IMG/VR virus record: IMGVR_UViG_3300030060_003974
Location: 1 to 64,000 of that record
Length of the DNA stretch: 64,000 bases
Strand: one strand, 5' to 3'
DNA from: an uncultured virus (IMG/VR IMGVR_UViG_3300030060_003974)
Lineage: Duplodnaviria; Heunggongvirae; Uroviricota; Caudoviricetes
A model generated the notes under the pieces. That model searched no databases. It was not told the origin of the DNA and saw only the letters and a program-made list of their open reading frames with translations. Positions 49,369 through 59,406 of the stretch are shown piece by piece. The translations under genes were made by a program, and so were the position numbers. How positions within the stretch are numbered: the first letter of the stretch is position 1; the number at the start of each line of letters is the position of its first letter.

Positions 49369-50460
49369 TTAAAAATAATGTGTTAGTCTAGCGACTTGAC
49401 CAGTGGTTTTTTCGTGTATAAAACCCTCGCAAGCTAAAGGTGCGCCAGTGTAACCTTTTCTTGAATGCCAGCTATCTGCTGAAGAAGGAGATCTCATATA
49501 CTCTACAGTCACTCCTATAAAATCTTTTCCGTCTCTCCATTTGTGTTTTATTTTATGATGCAAATGATGTAAGTACCAATACCTATGGGTAGTTAATGCC
49601 CAGTCTTTCGGGTTTTCTTGAGCCATTAATAACGGGAGGTTATCCATCTTCGCTCCATCCCCATGCTCTATCCCAAGCAAATTAGTTCCATAAGAATAAT
49701 ACTTTCGATGAGAAACACTGATGTCAAACTTTACATCTTTAGCTTTTCTAAACCAGCTTTTTAAAGTATGAGCTAAATGAAAACCTGATTGGTAATCGTG
49801 ATTACTCATACTATGAACTACATCTACAGGCCCTATCTTTCTTAACATTTCCACACACTTTACATAAAGCATTAAAGCTATCTCATAATGCTCCCACCAT
49901 TTACCATCAGTATCTTGATAAGTTCCTTTAGTAGTAGTAGAGTAAACATTGTCAATATGTAAAATATCGTTTCCTATGCAGAATAAAACACGATCTATAT
50001 CAAACCCTTTAGATTTTTCAATCAACCCTGTAACACCCTCTAAAACTCTTTTAACAGCAGTTTCACAATCATATTTCTGATTTGTCTCTATCTCGTTTGC
50101 ATATTTCCCAATATGTACATCAGCAGGGTTTATAACCAACAGGTGTGATCCTTTTTTTCTTTTTATGGTTGGGTAGTCTGGAGAATAGTCAGCTACAAAC
50201 TTATTAACTTTAGCAAACAACTGCTGTTCATCTAGCCCGATATTCTCTTTGGTTACAATAGAAAATCTATATTCGCCACTCCCACTCTGCCAGTGTTTAA
50301 CACTTACGACATCCTTTTTATCTATACCTCTTTCATCTAGATGTAGATCAAGAGCTGTGTTGTTGTTTATATTATCTAGATTTGTGGCTCTTTTTTGTAG
50401 AATATAATCTACCTCTTCGTGAGACAGCCTTAGTCTTTTACCGTAATTTTTAGATTTCAT
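49369..50460 (-). CDS. Calcineurin-like metallophosphoesterase
   Basis: DVHIG, GNDILH, SNHD, EHGD, HHLHH motifs. Confidence 0.85.
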   Translation of the reverse strand: MKSKNYGKRLRLSHEEVDYILQKRATNLDNINNNTALDLHLDERGIDKKDVVSVKHWQSGSGEYRFSIVTKENIGLDEQQLFAKVNKFVADYSPDYPTIKRKKGSHLLVINPADVHIGKYANEIETNQKYDCETAVKRVLEGVTGLIEKSKGFDIDRVLFCIGNDILHIDNVYSTTTKGTYQDTDGKWWEHYEIALMLYVKCVEMLRKIGPVDVVHSMSNHDYQSGFHLAHTLKSWFRKAKDVKFDISVSHRKYYSYGTNLLGIEHGDGAKMDNLPLLMAQENPKDWALTTHRYWYLHHLHHKIKHKWRDGKDFIGVTVEYMRSPSSADSWHSRKGYTGAPLACEGFIHEKTTGQVARLTHYF

Positions 50461-50641
50461 CAGATAGAGATTGAATTAAGTCAGCAAGAACTTTAATTAA
50501 ATTTTGTGCCTTCTTCCTTGCTTCCTCATGCTCTCTATCCATTAAGTCTTCGTAGATATCATTTCCAAAGTCGTGAATACTATTAGACACGAAGTTAATG
50601 TGGCTAATGGTATTAACGTCATCTCTGGAAACTCTAGACAT
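50450..50641 (-). CDS. Hypothetical protein (63 aa)
   Basis: ORF track; overlaps neighbours in operon fashion. Confidence 0.65.
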   Translation of the reverse strand: MSRVSRDDVNTISHINFVSNSIHDFGNDIYEDLMDREHEEARKKAQNLIKVLADLIQSLSDEI

Positions 50642-51056
50642 TTATTTTTTCTTGGATAGCTTTTATATTATTAGATAGTTCTTGTACTTGTAAATTTAGT
50701 AATTTATTTTGTTTAACCAAATTATTCACGGTGTTTTTAAGTAACACAGGATTTAGCTCAATGTATTCTTGACAGTCCATTTTCCATACTTGCATGGCTT
50801 TAGAATAGTTTCTGTTAAGGTTTTTATCTACTTCAACTTCATTTTTAAAATTTCTTAACGCAGACATTACAGTAACATGATTCATACCGAATTGTTTTCC
50901 GATGAATTGATAAGTCATTCCTAACTCTTGTCTTAAAATAGCGTAACAAATAGCTCTAGCTTGAATAAATTCTGTTTTACGACATCTTAGAGAAGGATCT
51001 ACTCCTAATATATCTTTAACTATTCCCTTTAAGGCGTTGGTCTTTGCAATATTCAT
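50634..51056 (-). CDS. DnaA domain IV-like helix-turn-helix DNA-binding protein
   Basis: RKTEFIQARAICYAILRQELGMTYQFIGKQFGMNHVTVMSALR resembles the DnaA C-terminal signature. Confidence 0.7.
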   Translation of the reverse strand: MNIAKTNALKGIVKDILGVDPSLRCRKTEFIQARAICYAILRQELGMTYQFIGKQFGMNHVTVMSALRNFKNEVEVDKNLNRNYSKAMQVWKMDCQEYIELNPVLLKNTVNNLVKQNKLLNLQVQELSNNIKAIQEKINV

Positions 51057-51372
51057 TTGATTTTATATATAAATTTAAATTCATTAAGTCTAAATATTCA
51101 TCCATAGAAATTATTTCTATGTCAGAAAGAATTGGGTTGTCTCCTAAAGGTCTTACAAGTTCTAATGCAAAAGCCACTGGCTTATTATTATACATAACCA
51201 ACCCGCCTACTACATAAGAAACTAAGTTACTGCTAGGAATATACCTGAGATTCTTTTCGATAAACTCAGCTATTCTTACACTTAACGGAAACTCTATGTC
51301 TTGTAGGTTTTCAATAAAGAAATCATCTATATCGTACTTCCTAACCTCTGTATATTTCGGTTTTACATCCAT
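51016..51372 (-). CDS. Hypothetical protein (118 aa)
   Basis: ORF track. Confidence 0.65.
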   Translation of the reverse strand: MDVKPKYTEVRKYDIDDFFIENLQDIEFPLSVRIAEFIEKNLRYIPSSNLVSYVVGGLVMYNNKPVAFALELVRPLGDNPILSDIEIISMDEYLDLMNLNLYIKSNEYCKDQRLKGNS

Positions 51373-51580
51373 GATCTCTAAGTTGTTTTAATCTAAATTC
51401 TTGAAGCCGAGAAACTTTACCACCCGATGTTTTGCATTCACTAAACAAAACATCTGCGTCAGGTGGTATAGCTAATAAATCGGGAATACCGTTCTTATTA
51501 GTCTTAATGAGTTTAATAACAAAATACCCCTCGCTTTCCAACTCTTTTATTCTCTTGCTTTGTATTCTTTGTTCTGTCAT
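51341..51580 (-). CDS. VRR-NUC-like PD-(D/E)xK nuclease
   Basis: TEQRIQ..GIPDLL..FSECKT..GKVSRLQ; TAGATTTG promoter element at 51587-51594. Confidence 0.8.
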   Translation of the reverse strand: MTEQRIQSKRIKELESEGYFVIKLIKTNKNGIPDLLAIPPDADVLFSECKTSGGKVSRLQEFRLKQLRDHGCKTEIYRG

Positions 51581-51583
51581 TTA

Positions 51584-52831
51584 CTACAAATCTAACAAAT
51601 CTCTTTTAAAATGATTAAGAGTGTAGTCCTTTTTCTTTAACACAGCCTTGTATATTTTATACTCAATACCACCTTCAGAAAACACCCAATAAATTTTATT
51701 ATACTTTCTCTCTTTAGTAGTCATCCTATCTCTTGATTGCCAATAAGATGTAGCGCTGAAATCAATATTGTAATAAACTAAAGCTTCAGCATTACGTAAG
51801 CTTATACCTTCCCTACCACTTACAATTTGTAATGCAATATTCTTGTTGGTATGGTCAAAAGTGTAAAGATCAGTACACACACTATCTCCAAATATTTTCT
51901 TAATAGCATTCAGCTCTTCCTTAAATTTGTAAAATATAGCTATCTTTTTAGTACCAAATTGTTTTCTAATAAAATTAGCTTTATTATAATTTAAAACAGT
52001 AGAGTTTCCAGACTCAAACTTTACAGTACCTGAATATAATTGATGTAGCTTCATCATAAGTTTTACTGCAGTGTCAGCCAAGACAACCTCTTCCTTACCC
52101 TCAACAACCAAGTTTTTCTTTAACAACCTAATCACATCAGCAGTGTATTTATCTATAGGAACAGTAAGTATTTCTTCATTAGTCTTAGTAATGAATCCCG
52201 CATCCTTTTGAGAATAATTAATAGTATAGGGTTTCATCTTTCGTAATATTTCCTCTCTACCACGTGAGTAATCATTTACCATTAAACTGCTCAACTTTTT
52301 TTGAAACACATCAACATATCTTTTACAAAAAGAATAAAAGTTTTTATGTTCTGCAAAAGGATTCATAGGTATACCATAAACCTGATGATACATTTGACTG
52401 TAAGACTCAGGAGTAGGTGTACCACTCATTAGAATAACATAAGCGTTACGTGATATACGAAGTAATTCTTTAACATCCTTTGCTCTTTTACTAGGCTTAG
52501 GAAATGCACCCAAACCATGTGCTTCATCTATAATTACTGCATCCCATAAAATCACAGGTAGTTTATGCATAGACTCATAATTAATAACGTGTAAATCAAA
52601 AGATGGTTTTAATAAATCGTAATCAGCCTCAATGCTTGAGATAGCTTTTTTCTTTGTAAGAAACAAAACCTTTGGGGTTTTTTGAGAATGATTTAGAATC
52701 CTATGACATAAACCCATTGAGGTTAAAGTCTTTCCTGTTCTAACTTCCATAGCTAGATACAGAAACTTATATTTTTGTAACACCTGTAACCCTTGTGTTA
52801 TAATTAACTTTTGATAATCTCTAAATTCCAT
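51584..52831 (-). CDS. SF2 (SNF2-like) helicase
   Basis: RDYQ, RTGKT, IIDEAH, MSGTP, EGISL, QSRDR motifs; start moved to ATG 52831. Confidence 0.88.
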   Translation of the reverse strand: MEFRDYQKLIITQGLQVLQKYKFLYLAMEVRTGKTLTSMGLCHRILNHSQKTPKVLFLTKKKAISSIEADYDLLKPSFDLHVINYESMHKLPVILWDAVIIDEAHGLGAFPKPSKRAKDVKELLRISRNAYVILMSGTPTPESYSQMYHQVYGIPMNPFAEHKNFYSFCKRYVDVFQKKLSSLMVNDYSRGREEILRKMKPYTINYSQKDAGFITKTNEEILTVPIDKYTADVIRLLKKNLVVEGKEEVVLADTAVKLMMKLHQLYSGTVKFESGNSTVLNYNKANFIRKQFGTKKIAIFYKFKEELNAIKKIFGDSVCTDLYTFDHTNKNIALQIVSGREGISLRNAEALVYYNIDFSATSYWQSRDRMTTKERKYNKIYWVFSEGGIEYKIYKAVLKKKDYTLNHFKRDLLDL

Positions 52832-55214
52832 CTTCGTATTTTTTATTTTCAAAATGAATCCACTTACCAATCATATCTCTACCTATTGAAACTTTTAACG
52901 TATCTTTATAGATTGCATAAGAATTTAACCATTTATTAAATTTAGTTCTGGAGATAGTAAATTTAGATTTAGGTGCGTAGTCAGGATATTCATTTATAAA
53001 GTCATTATATAAATCGGACATATAAATTCTTTTATCCATTATAAACTTCTCGCTTTCAGTATTATTAATTATACCAAGCCATTCTAAAAAGTCGTGACTT
53101 GTTTCTGCAGATAACTTTCTAATCCTTAGGTTAACAAACTCACTTTTCATTAAACCATTCATTAAGTAAAGCTGAAGGTTGTTAATCATATAATTATCAA
53201 ACTGACACCACTCATCATCATCCCACTCTCCAAACATCATTTTTCCAAATTCAACTAGAGGGGTAAAATCTTTATTGTAATGTTGTGTTAATTCTAACTC
53301 CCATTTTCTTCTTTCAAAACTAGCACCCTTACCTCTTATAGCGTAGTTGGTAGTAATAGCAACTTTAGGGCTTTTGCTAAAAGGAATTTTAATTGCATCT
53401 TTATTTTTCTTTTCTAAAGTTAGACCCTCAGTTACTACACTAAATAATCTTTCAAAGTCAAATGCTTTTTTTACATCATCGAAACATAGTATTTGTGTAT
53501 CAGCAGAAACTAATTGATAAGCAAAACTCTTTTCAAAATTAAAAGATTTACCATCAATAACCACTAACTTTTTCATATGAGATAGTCCGTTCATAAACAA
53601 TCCTTTTCCTGTACCACCTTCAGGGTTTTCAGATATTACCTCATCATTTAAAATAGTAGCGGGACTGTAAGATAAATTTTTCCATCCATGTAGTAAGTAT
53701 CCTATAGTGGAACGCATAGAGTTTATACGACTTTCATTCTCGCCACAAATGTTAGAAATAAATACTTTGTAATCACACTCCTTAGGTTTGCATAAAGTAA
53801 AAGTCCTGTCTATAACATGATCCTTCCACACATAACCACCCAAATCTATGTAATCAATCATAGTAACTTTGTCTTGTGTAATTTTTACTGCACTGTTTTT
53901 GTAATATAAATAAGCAGTATCTTTATCGTCCTCTATAAAATAAACATCTATAGATGCTAAAAGGGTTAGAAACTCCTCTCTAAAATACCTTGTGTGTTCA
54001 GCAAAATAATTATAGACACTGAAGTCATCAATACCTAAAAGATAAGAAAGTATAAAGTCTTTAATTTCTTTTTCACTTGTGTGGTCTATTAAGTTATTAG
54101 TAACCTTAACAAATATATAACTCTTACTACCCTCTGGGTTAAATTTATAAAAACCATTCTCTTCTAAAAAGTTTTTAAATAAAATGTGTACAATTTTAAT
54201 TGTCCCTTTTTCGTTCTTAGTCCAAAATTTATGATTCGCTTGTTCTTCTTCAAGCCTGTTAATCACATTGTCTGCTATACCGACCTCAATCTTGGACTCT
54301 TCTAACTGAGATCTAATTTCTTTTTTTGATACTCCTCTTTTAAGTTTTTCTTTTACTTCATTGATTTTATCTTCATCCTGATAATATTTTGTACCGAAGT
54401 TTTGTTTATGAGAATAAGCAGACTGAATTGTTCTACGTACTTCATTGGAAGGAAAATCCCGTGATGCAAATCTATTCATTACATACTCAGCTAGGTTTTG
54501 ATTTACACCAAAGTCATTAAAAGCTGAGGCTAATATATAAACATTATTGTTTCGTTCCCCCTCTATCATACCGTATTTTCTAGTCCACCATTTAAGTAGG
54601 ATGTCAACTATTTTATTTTCATCAGTAATTGGAATGGTAGGTATATCTACGTGTTTAGTTATCTGCTCATACTCCTGTTCTTCTATATCTTCCCATACAC
54701 TTGCTAGTGTGTTTATATGGATTAGTGGGTCATAAGACTCATAACAAACTCTAGATAAATTTTTAGAGGTTTTGTCAAAGTGTGGAGAATCAAAATGTTT
54801 TTGTAAAGCAAGAAAGTATCCTTTATGATTAGCTATATCCTCAGGTATACGAATTAAAGCCTTTAATCCTTCCCCACTTGGACTTATAAATACCGAGTAT
54901 ACATACTTGCTTTTAGATAGTCTTTCTTTTTCTTGTAGTAATTCTTTGTTAGACTTATAACCATCAAAGTCTAAGCATATTATACCACTGTGGGTGTTTA
55001 AAGAGTTGTCGTTTCTTTTTGTAAATTGACCACTAAAACATATAGCGGGTAAAGATTGTTTAAGTAAATTACGTTTGGTCTTATCCTTTTCTTGTCGGAT
55101 TTTCTTTACTAAATCCTTAGATTTACCCTCCTGAATTCTATTTAAAACAACAGCAATATCTACAAAAAAGGGCTGTGAAGTCTCTTTTATGTTTTGAAAT
55201 ATGGTAATTTTCAT
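52821..55214 (-). CDS. Primase-helicase (BT4734/VirE N-terminal-like primase domain, PriCT-like region, P-loop helicase)
   Basis: LKQSLPAICFSG, CLDFD, FISPSGEGLK, SRVCYESYDP, GERNN, GGTGKG, CFDD motifs. Confidence 0.82.
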   Translation of the reverse strand: MKITIFQNIKETSQPFFVDIAVVLNRIQEGKSKDLVKKIRQEKDKTKRNLLKQSLPAICFSGQFTKRNDNSLNTHSGIICLDFDGYKSNKELLQEKERLSKSKYVYSVFISPSGEGLKALIRIPEDIANHKGYFLALQKHFDSPHFDKTSKNLSRVCYESYDPLIHINTLASVWEDIEEQEYEQITKHVDIPTIPITDENKIVDILLKWWTRKYGMIEGERNNNVYILASAFNDFGVNQNLAEYVMNRFASRDFPSNEVRRTIQSAYSHKQNFGTKYYQDEDKINEVKEKLKRGVSKKEIRSQLEESKIEVGIADNVINRLEEEQANHKFWTKNEKGTIKIVHILFKNFLEENGFYKFNPEGSKSYIFVKVTNNLIDHTSEKEIKDFILSYLLGIDDFSVYNYFAEHTRYFREEFLTLLASIDVYFIEDDKDTAYLYYKNSAVKITQDKVTMIDYIDLGGYVWKDHVIDRTFTLCKPKECDYKVFISNICGENESRINSMRSTIGYLLHGWKNLSYSPATILNDEVISENPEGGTGKGLFMNGLSHMKKLVVIDGKSFNFEKSFAYQLVSADTQILCFDDVKKAFDFERLFSVVTEGLTLEKKNKDAIKIPFSKSPKVAITTNYAIRGKGASFERRKWELELTQHYNKDFTPLVEFGKMMFGEWDDDEWCQFDNYMINNLQLYLMNGLMKSEFVNLRIRKLSAETSHDFLEWLGIINNTESEKFIMDKRIYMSDLYNDFINEYPDYAPKSKFTISRTKFNKWLNSYAIYKDTLKVSIGRDMIGKWIHFENKKYEDGI

Positions 55215-55219
55215 AAGAT

Positions 55220-55299
55220 TATGTTGAATTTATGTTGATTTTGTGTTTTGTAAGTTCCTCATTATCAATATTTAACTAATATTTATGTTGAAATGTTAA
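55220..55299. repeat. Second copy of the ATGTTRA repeat element, abutting the primase-helicase start
   Basis: Colinear with 1923-2004: TATGTTRAWTTTATGTTGATTTT..TAAGTT..ATATTTAA..TATTTATGTTRAWATGTTAA. Confidence 0.6.
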
Positions 55300-55340
55300 T
55301 AATGACTACATAATGTGAAGGTAAGTAATTTAAGTCAAAT

Positions 55341-55375
55341 AAAAAAGGACAGGGGAGAAAAACTCCCCCACCCTT
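55341..55375 (-). terminator. Intrinsic terminator
   Basis: Minus strand GGGGAG-TTTTT-CTCCCC hairpin followed shortly by T6. Confidence 0.65.
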
Positions 55376-55398
55376 ATATAACCTACCTTAGATTATGG

Positions 55399-55656
55399 CT
55401 AGAAAGGTAAGTCTGGCTCAGCTTGTGGTTCAGCTTCTTCCTTTTTCGCCTCAGGCTTCCAAGTGTCCACTGCAACATAATGCGTTTTACCATACTGATC
55501 AGCCTCTCTTTTCTTCTGAACGATTAGCTTTACATACTTCTTACCATTGTATTCGAACATGTGTTCCTGTGGTAAATCTGATAAACATAAACTACAAGCG
55601 ACTTGGTCTCCATCAAATTTGGAAACCCCGCTACCTACATAGATTTTTTCTGACAT
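55399..55656 (-). CDS. Putative single-stranded DNA-binding protein
   Basis: Acidic tail ending DLPF; position in the recombination module. Confidence 0.65.
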   Translation of the reverse strand: MSEKIYVGSGVSKFDGDQVACSLCLSDLPQEHMFEYNGKKYVKLIVQKKREADQYGKTHYVAVDTWKPEAKKEEAEPQAEPDLPF

Positions 55657-55820
55657 AATTTATTTATTTTAATGTTTTGTTCCATATGATTAATTGTAGA
55701 TATGATGATATCATCCTTATCTTGTCTACTATTACAGGACATTGGAACTTGAATCCACATAATAGAATTGCTTGGTGTTTTTTTTGGTATCCAAGACCAA
55801 AGTTTATTAAAGATTTTCAT
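55635..55820 (-). CDS. Hypothetical protein
   Basis: ORF track; start moved to ATG 55820. Confidence 0.5.
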   Translation of the reverse strand: MKIFNKLWSWIPKKTPSNSIMWIQVPMSCNSRQDKDDIIISTINHMEQNIKINKLCQKKSM

Positions 55821-56550
55821 AATGAATGTATTGATTAATATCTTCATTTGCATTTTCTGAAAAGAATCTATTATATACAATCACTGCTTCAGCAACCTTT
55901 TGTTGACCACTAGCTAAAAATATTTCAGTCGGCTCATATATACCTAAGTTGTGTGTTTGTTTATCAACTACATAAAAATGTAGAGGTTTATCAAACAACA
56001 TTTGATATATATATGCCTGACTGTCATATCCAAAAGCACGAGCCTTTTTAGGAAACTGAGAAAGCGAACTTGTTGTCTTCAGATCAATTAATATATTCTC
56101 TGAAACAATATCTGCTTTACCTTTCCAATTTAAACCCATATGATTACCTATGTTAGCAACCTCAAACTCATTACCCTCTCTATATATATCCTCAAAAAAG
56201 GTAAGGTTTTGCTTCATTGCATCTGCACATTTATTTAAATTATCTACCTCACTCTGTAACAATAGAATATCCTCTTTACTTTCGTAAACAGTTTCTTTGT
56301 AGACCTTAGTAGTACGTGTTGATGCATCAACTATTTCGTATTGATTTAGTTTTTCAGGCTCAAGCATAAGGGTGTGAAAATAACTACCCTCAAGCATTGC
56401 TTTAGTTTTTTCAACAGTCTGATGAAAATCCTTTGGGTTATCTCTCAATGTTTTTATGTCGGAGTTTGATAACCATTTTTTTCCAAAGTCGCCATAATAA
56501 CGACTGTCATCCTTCAACATATTAAGGATGTCTGTTTTGTTTAACTCCAT
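55807..56550 (-). CDS. RecE/ExoVIII-like (DUF3799) PD-(D/E)xK exonuclease
   Basis: LSNSDIK, GSYFHTLMLEP, KGKADIV, IDLKTT, YDSQAYIY motifs. Confidence 0.82.
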   Translation of the reverse strand: MELNKTDILNMLKDDSRYYGDFGKKWLSNSDIKTLRDNPKDFHQTVEKTKAMLEGSYFHTLMLEPEKLNQYEIVDASTRTTKVYKETVYESKEDILLLQSEVDNLNKCADAMKQNLTFFEDIYREGNEFEVANIGNHMGLNWKGKADIVSENILIDLKTTSSLSQFPKKARAFGYDSQAYIYQMLFDKPLHFYVVDKQTHNLGIYEPTEIFLASGQQKVAEAVIVYNRFFSENANEDINQYIHYENL

Positions 56551-56551
56551 A

Positions 56552-57097
56552 TTAAGAAAGTTTAGCTAGTTCCTTTTTAACAGATGCTTTTATACTGTAT
56601 TTAGTTTCTAACTGTGGAATTATTTTAGCTAGACCTAACGCTTTGTTCTTCGCTATATAACTTAATACGTTATACCAATTTTCATCCCCTATGTCTAATA
56701 CAATCTTTTTTTGTTGAGTTTTGATTGTAGATTTTTTAGGGCTTGGCTTGGATTGATTAGCTATTGCGTTTTCAACTTCGTTAGCTGAGGCAACAGATGT
56801 GTCAATACCAATACCAAAATTCCCTAATGCTCTACCCCACGCTGATGTTTCGCAATTTTCAACGTAAGATGTTTTGTTAATGAAGGTACTCCCTTTTTCT
56901 TCCTCAGCCATACCCGTTGCTATGACTCTACCATCTTCATTTATAATAGATGCGAGGATTAGGATTGATTTGTCAGTTTTCTCCAACACTTCTGATGTTA
57001 AAGAAAATTTAGGATATGTTTTTCTAAAATAGATTAACCTTTCGTTAACCTCAACATACTCCTTACCTTTGATGTTTACTGTTTTTAATTTTCCCAT
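56552..57097 (-). CDS. Putative single-strand annealing recombinase (Rad52/Sak-like)
   Basis: KGKEYVEVNER..ENCETSAWGRAL..GIG; adjacent to exonuclease and SSB. Confidence 0.55.
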   Translation of the reverse strand: MGKLKTVNIKGKEYVEVNERLIYFRKTYPKFSLTSEVLEKTDKSILILASIINEDGRVIATGMAEEEKGSTFINKTSYVENCETSAWGRALGNFGIGIDTSVASANEVENAIANQSKPSPKKSTIKTQQKKIVLDIGDENWYNVLSYIAKNKALGLAKIIPQLETKYSIKASVKKELAKLS

Positions 57098-57102
57098 TTG
57101 AT

Positions 57103-57504
57103 TTATTTTAATTTAATTAATTTGATTTTGTGTTTTGAGTATCTATTTAAAATACCCTCTCTTCTTGTTTTTAAATTCTGAATGTGCTTGTCGTTTTTAC
57201 GTGTGTTAACCTCAACTTTCATCTTGTTTTCAATCAGATCAAGTTTATGTAAGCAATTATTCATTGCAGTTATAACGCATCCACGTTTCCACCCATTATT
57301 AAAAAAAACTTCATACTCGGTTTCGGTTAACTCCTGAAAGTAATCTCCACCTTTAGAACAATTAAGTATTTCTATATAGTCGGTAAACTTTTGCAACTTA
57401 ACTCCCATATTTAAAAACGACTCTCCTCTACTCATAGTACAATAAATAGAAGATTTGTCTTCCTGTGCTTGTTCAAATATTTCTTGTAAACTATACTGCT
57501 TCAT
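57103..57504 (-). CDS. Hypothetical protein (133 aa)
   Basis: ORF track. Confidence 0.7.
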   Translation of the reverse strand: MKQYSLQEIFEQAQEDKSSIYCTMSRGESFLNMGVKLQKFTDYIEILNCSKGGDYFQELTETEYEVFFNNGWKRGCVITAMNNCLHKLDLIENKMKVEVNTRKNDKHIQNLKTRREGILNRYSKHKIKLIKLK

Positions 57505-57787
57505 TAATTGATTCTATAATATTTTTATAATCCTTATCGTTATCAATTGTCTGCTTTGCTTTTTTATATCCGTGAATGATGGTAGTGATGTGAACATCAA
57601 GACCAGCTTCAGACATAAATCTTTTTATATAAGCAACACGTATAGGTCTTTCCATGCATAAGTAGTAAAGCATTTGTCTTGCATCTACTTTTTCTTGTTT
57701 CCTACTTTTGTCAAACATTTCATCTAAACTTAAATGAAACTGTTTTGATATAGCAGTAGCGTAGCTATTAAATATTTCTTTTTTCAT
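57491..57787 (-). CDS. Second DnaA domain IV-like HTH protein
   Basis: KSRKQEKVDARQMLYYLC...HITTIIHGYKK. Confidence 0.7.
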   Translation of the reverse strand: MKKEIFNSYATAISKQFHLSLDEMFDKSRKQEKVDARQMLYYLCMERPIRVAYIKRFMSEAGLDVHITTIIHGYKKAKQTIDNDKDYKNIIESINEAV

Positions 57788-58023
57788 TATTTCTTTTTTT
57801 CGTTTAATCTCTCTATTTCAAATTCTAAATGTGCAATCGCCTTACGTAAATCCTCGACAGGAGTTTGATGTTTCCTAGAACTACGTAAGCAGTAAGTAAC
57901 TGCAGTTCCGATATTGTAAGTGCAATCAAAATCACTAACAACATATCGTGCTTGATAATTTCTTTTTTTATTTGTACCTACATAATAATGTGGTACTCTT
58001 CCATCTGTGGAATTTATACTCAT
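57787..58023 (-). CDS. DUF3310-like protein
   Basis: PHYY, YNIGTAVTYCLRS..K..EDLRKAIAHLEFEI; start moved to ATG 58023. Confidence 0.7.
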   Translation of the reverse strand: MSINSTDGRVPHYYVGTNKKRNYQARYVVSDFDCTYNIGTAVTYCLRSSRKHQTPVEDLRKAIAHLEFEIERLNEKKK

Positions 58024-58027
58024 TCTT

Positions 58028-58231
58028 TTATTTTTTAAATTTATATTTCGACATATCATTATTGATAATCGTTTTTGGATTTGCTTTAGGTGGGAGTGGC
58101 TCAATAAATCTTTTTTTATATTCTATTTTACCACTGTATTTAAAGTAGTTATTTAAATCAACAAACACGTTTTGGTGGTGCTGATCTAATAATTTTTTCT
58201 GATATAATTCTTTTATAAGATGTGTAGGCAT
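58028..58231 (-). CDS. Hypothetical protein (67 aa)
   Basis: ORF track. Confidence 0.6.
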   Translation of the reverse strand: MPTHLIKELYQKKLLDQHHQNVFVDLNNYFKYSGKIEYKKRFIEPLPPKANPKTIINNDMSKYKFKK

Positions 58232-58361
58232 TGATTAGTATTTAAGAGAATATCAGGGGGGACAAAAACATTTAATATTATGGGTTTCTTACACCCTTAA
58301 GATTATTGGCTATTATTAACCTAAACCCCCCTGTATATCCACATTATGAAAACACACGTAG

Positions 58362-58369
58362 CAAAACTA
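58362..58369 (-). promoter_or_regulatory. TAnnTTTG promoter element (TAGTTTTG) upstream of the replication operon
   Basis: Consensus match in an intergenic region. Confidence 0.45.
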
Positions 58370-58374
58370 TATAA

Positions 58375-58521
58375 TTACTTTTGAATATGCAAGTTATTAT
58401 TTGACTTATTTTTAAGCATTGCATAATGCTCTATTGTTAATTGTTGTAGCCATCTTATGTAGTCATAATTTGGCTTGTCTTTTAACTTTTCTTTTAAAAT
58501 AAGTTTCTCTAATTCATTCAT
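58375..58521 (-). CDS. Hypothetical protein (48 aa, MNELEKLILKEK...)
   Basis: Hand-translated; starts 2 nt after the previous stop. Confidence 0.55.
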   Translation of the reverse strand: MNELEKLILKEKLKDKPNYDYIRWLQQLTIEHYAMLKNKSNNNLHIQK

Positions 58522-58523
58522 AA

Positions 58524-59324
58524 TTATCCAAATATTATTGGTTGATTTCCTTTTCTATCTTTATGACAGTGATACTCAAACACTTCTTTAAGTGTCTTCC
58601 CATAGTATTCGTTTAAACTATAGCATTCATACCACCCCTCTTCATATGTATCACAAGCATTGGTGTGTTCTGTGCGTAGGTAAGATACTTCACATAAAAA
58701 CTTGTACCCCTCTTCATATTCTACTACTTTGGTTTCGTGATTGTATACTCCAGACATTTCTTTAATGACTCCTCTGTCGTTAATAGCAAACTCTTTAGAA
58801 TCATCCCAATGTGGCTCTTCATACTGTCCACCACCAATAAACTCTCCATCTTCATACTCCATCCATCCACCCCATCCTGATTCCTCTTCATAAAAATAAG
58901 AAAATCCTTTAACAAGTTTTGCAAACTCTAAGATTAACTCTTCATCAAGTGGACTCCAAGCAGTAGTAAAGACATAGGTTTTGGTGTCTTCGTGAAATTC
59001 GTTGTCATAGCAACCCCACTTTGTACCCCAATTATCTAACGCCCAAGCATACCAATTATCAACTCCATATTTGGATTTGAATTTATTAGACATTTCTAAG
59101 GTTATCCCTGTGTTCCATATTCTCTCGCCTGACTCTCTTTTCTTCTCTTGATCCTGATATTCCTTTTCAGAAATAATAGTAGCTGGAGAGCTGGTGTGGT
59201 TTAACTCTTTAGGCATTGGATAAAGGTATTCAGCTAAACCTCTTTCTAGTTTTGCAATTTTTTTAAGTAGTTTGCAATCTTCTTTACTGTCCAATTGAAT
59301 TGAACAAAAAACGTGATTAGGCAT
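58524..59324 (-). CDS. YubB/DUF1281/Api92-like ferredoxin-fold protein
   Basis: MPNH, WYAWALDNWGTKW, FTTAWSP, YEEESG motifs. Confidence 0.7.
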   Translation of the reverse strand: MPNHVFCSIQLDSKEDCKLLKKIAKLERGLAEYLYPMPKELNHTSSPATIISEKEYQDQEKKRESGERIWNTGITLEMSNKFKSKYGVDNWYAWALDNWGTKWGCYDNEFHEDTKTYVFTTAWSPLDEELILEFAKLVKGFSYFYEEESGWGGWMEYEDGEFIGGGQYEEPHWDDSKEFAINDRGVIKEMSGVYNHETKVVEYEEGYKFLCEVSYLRTEHTNACDTYEEGWYECYSLNEYYGKTLKEVFEYHCHKDRKGNQPIIFG

Positions 59325-59353
59325 AATATTATATTTAAATTAAACTTCGATTC

Positions 59354-59406
59354 GTTATCTACCACGAAAAGCCCGACACATTTACGTGCCGAGCTATTCG
59401 CAGAAC
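59354..59406 (-). ncRNA. Long intergenic hairpin (motif B, copy 1): terminator/attenuator or RNase III-type site
   Basis: Minus strand UCUGCGAAUAGCUCGGCAC-GUAAAU-GUGUCGGGCUUUUCGUGGUA with G.U pairs. Confidence 0.55.
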
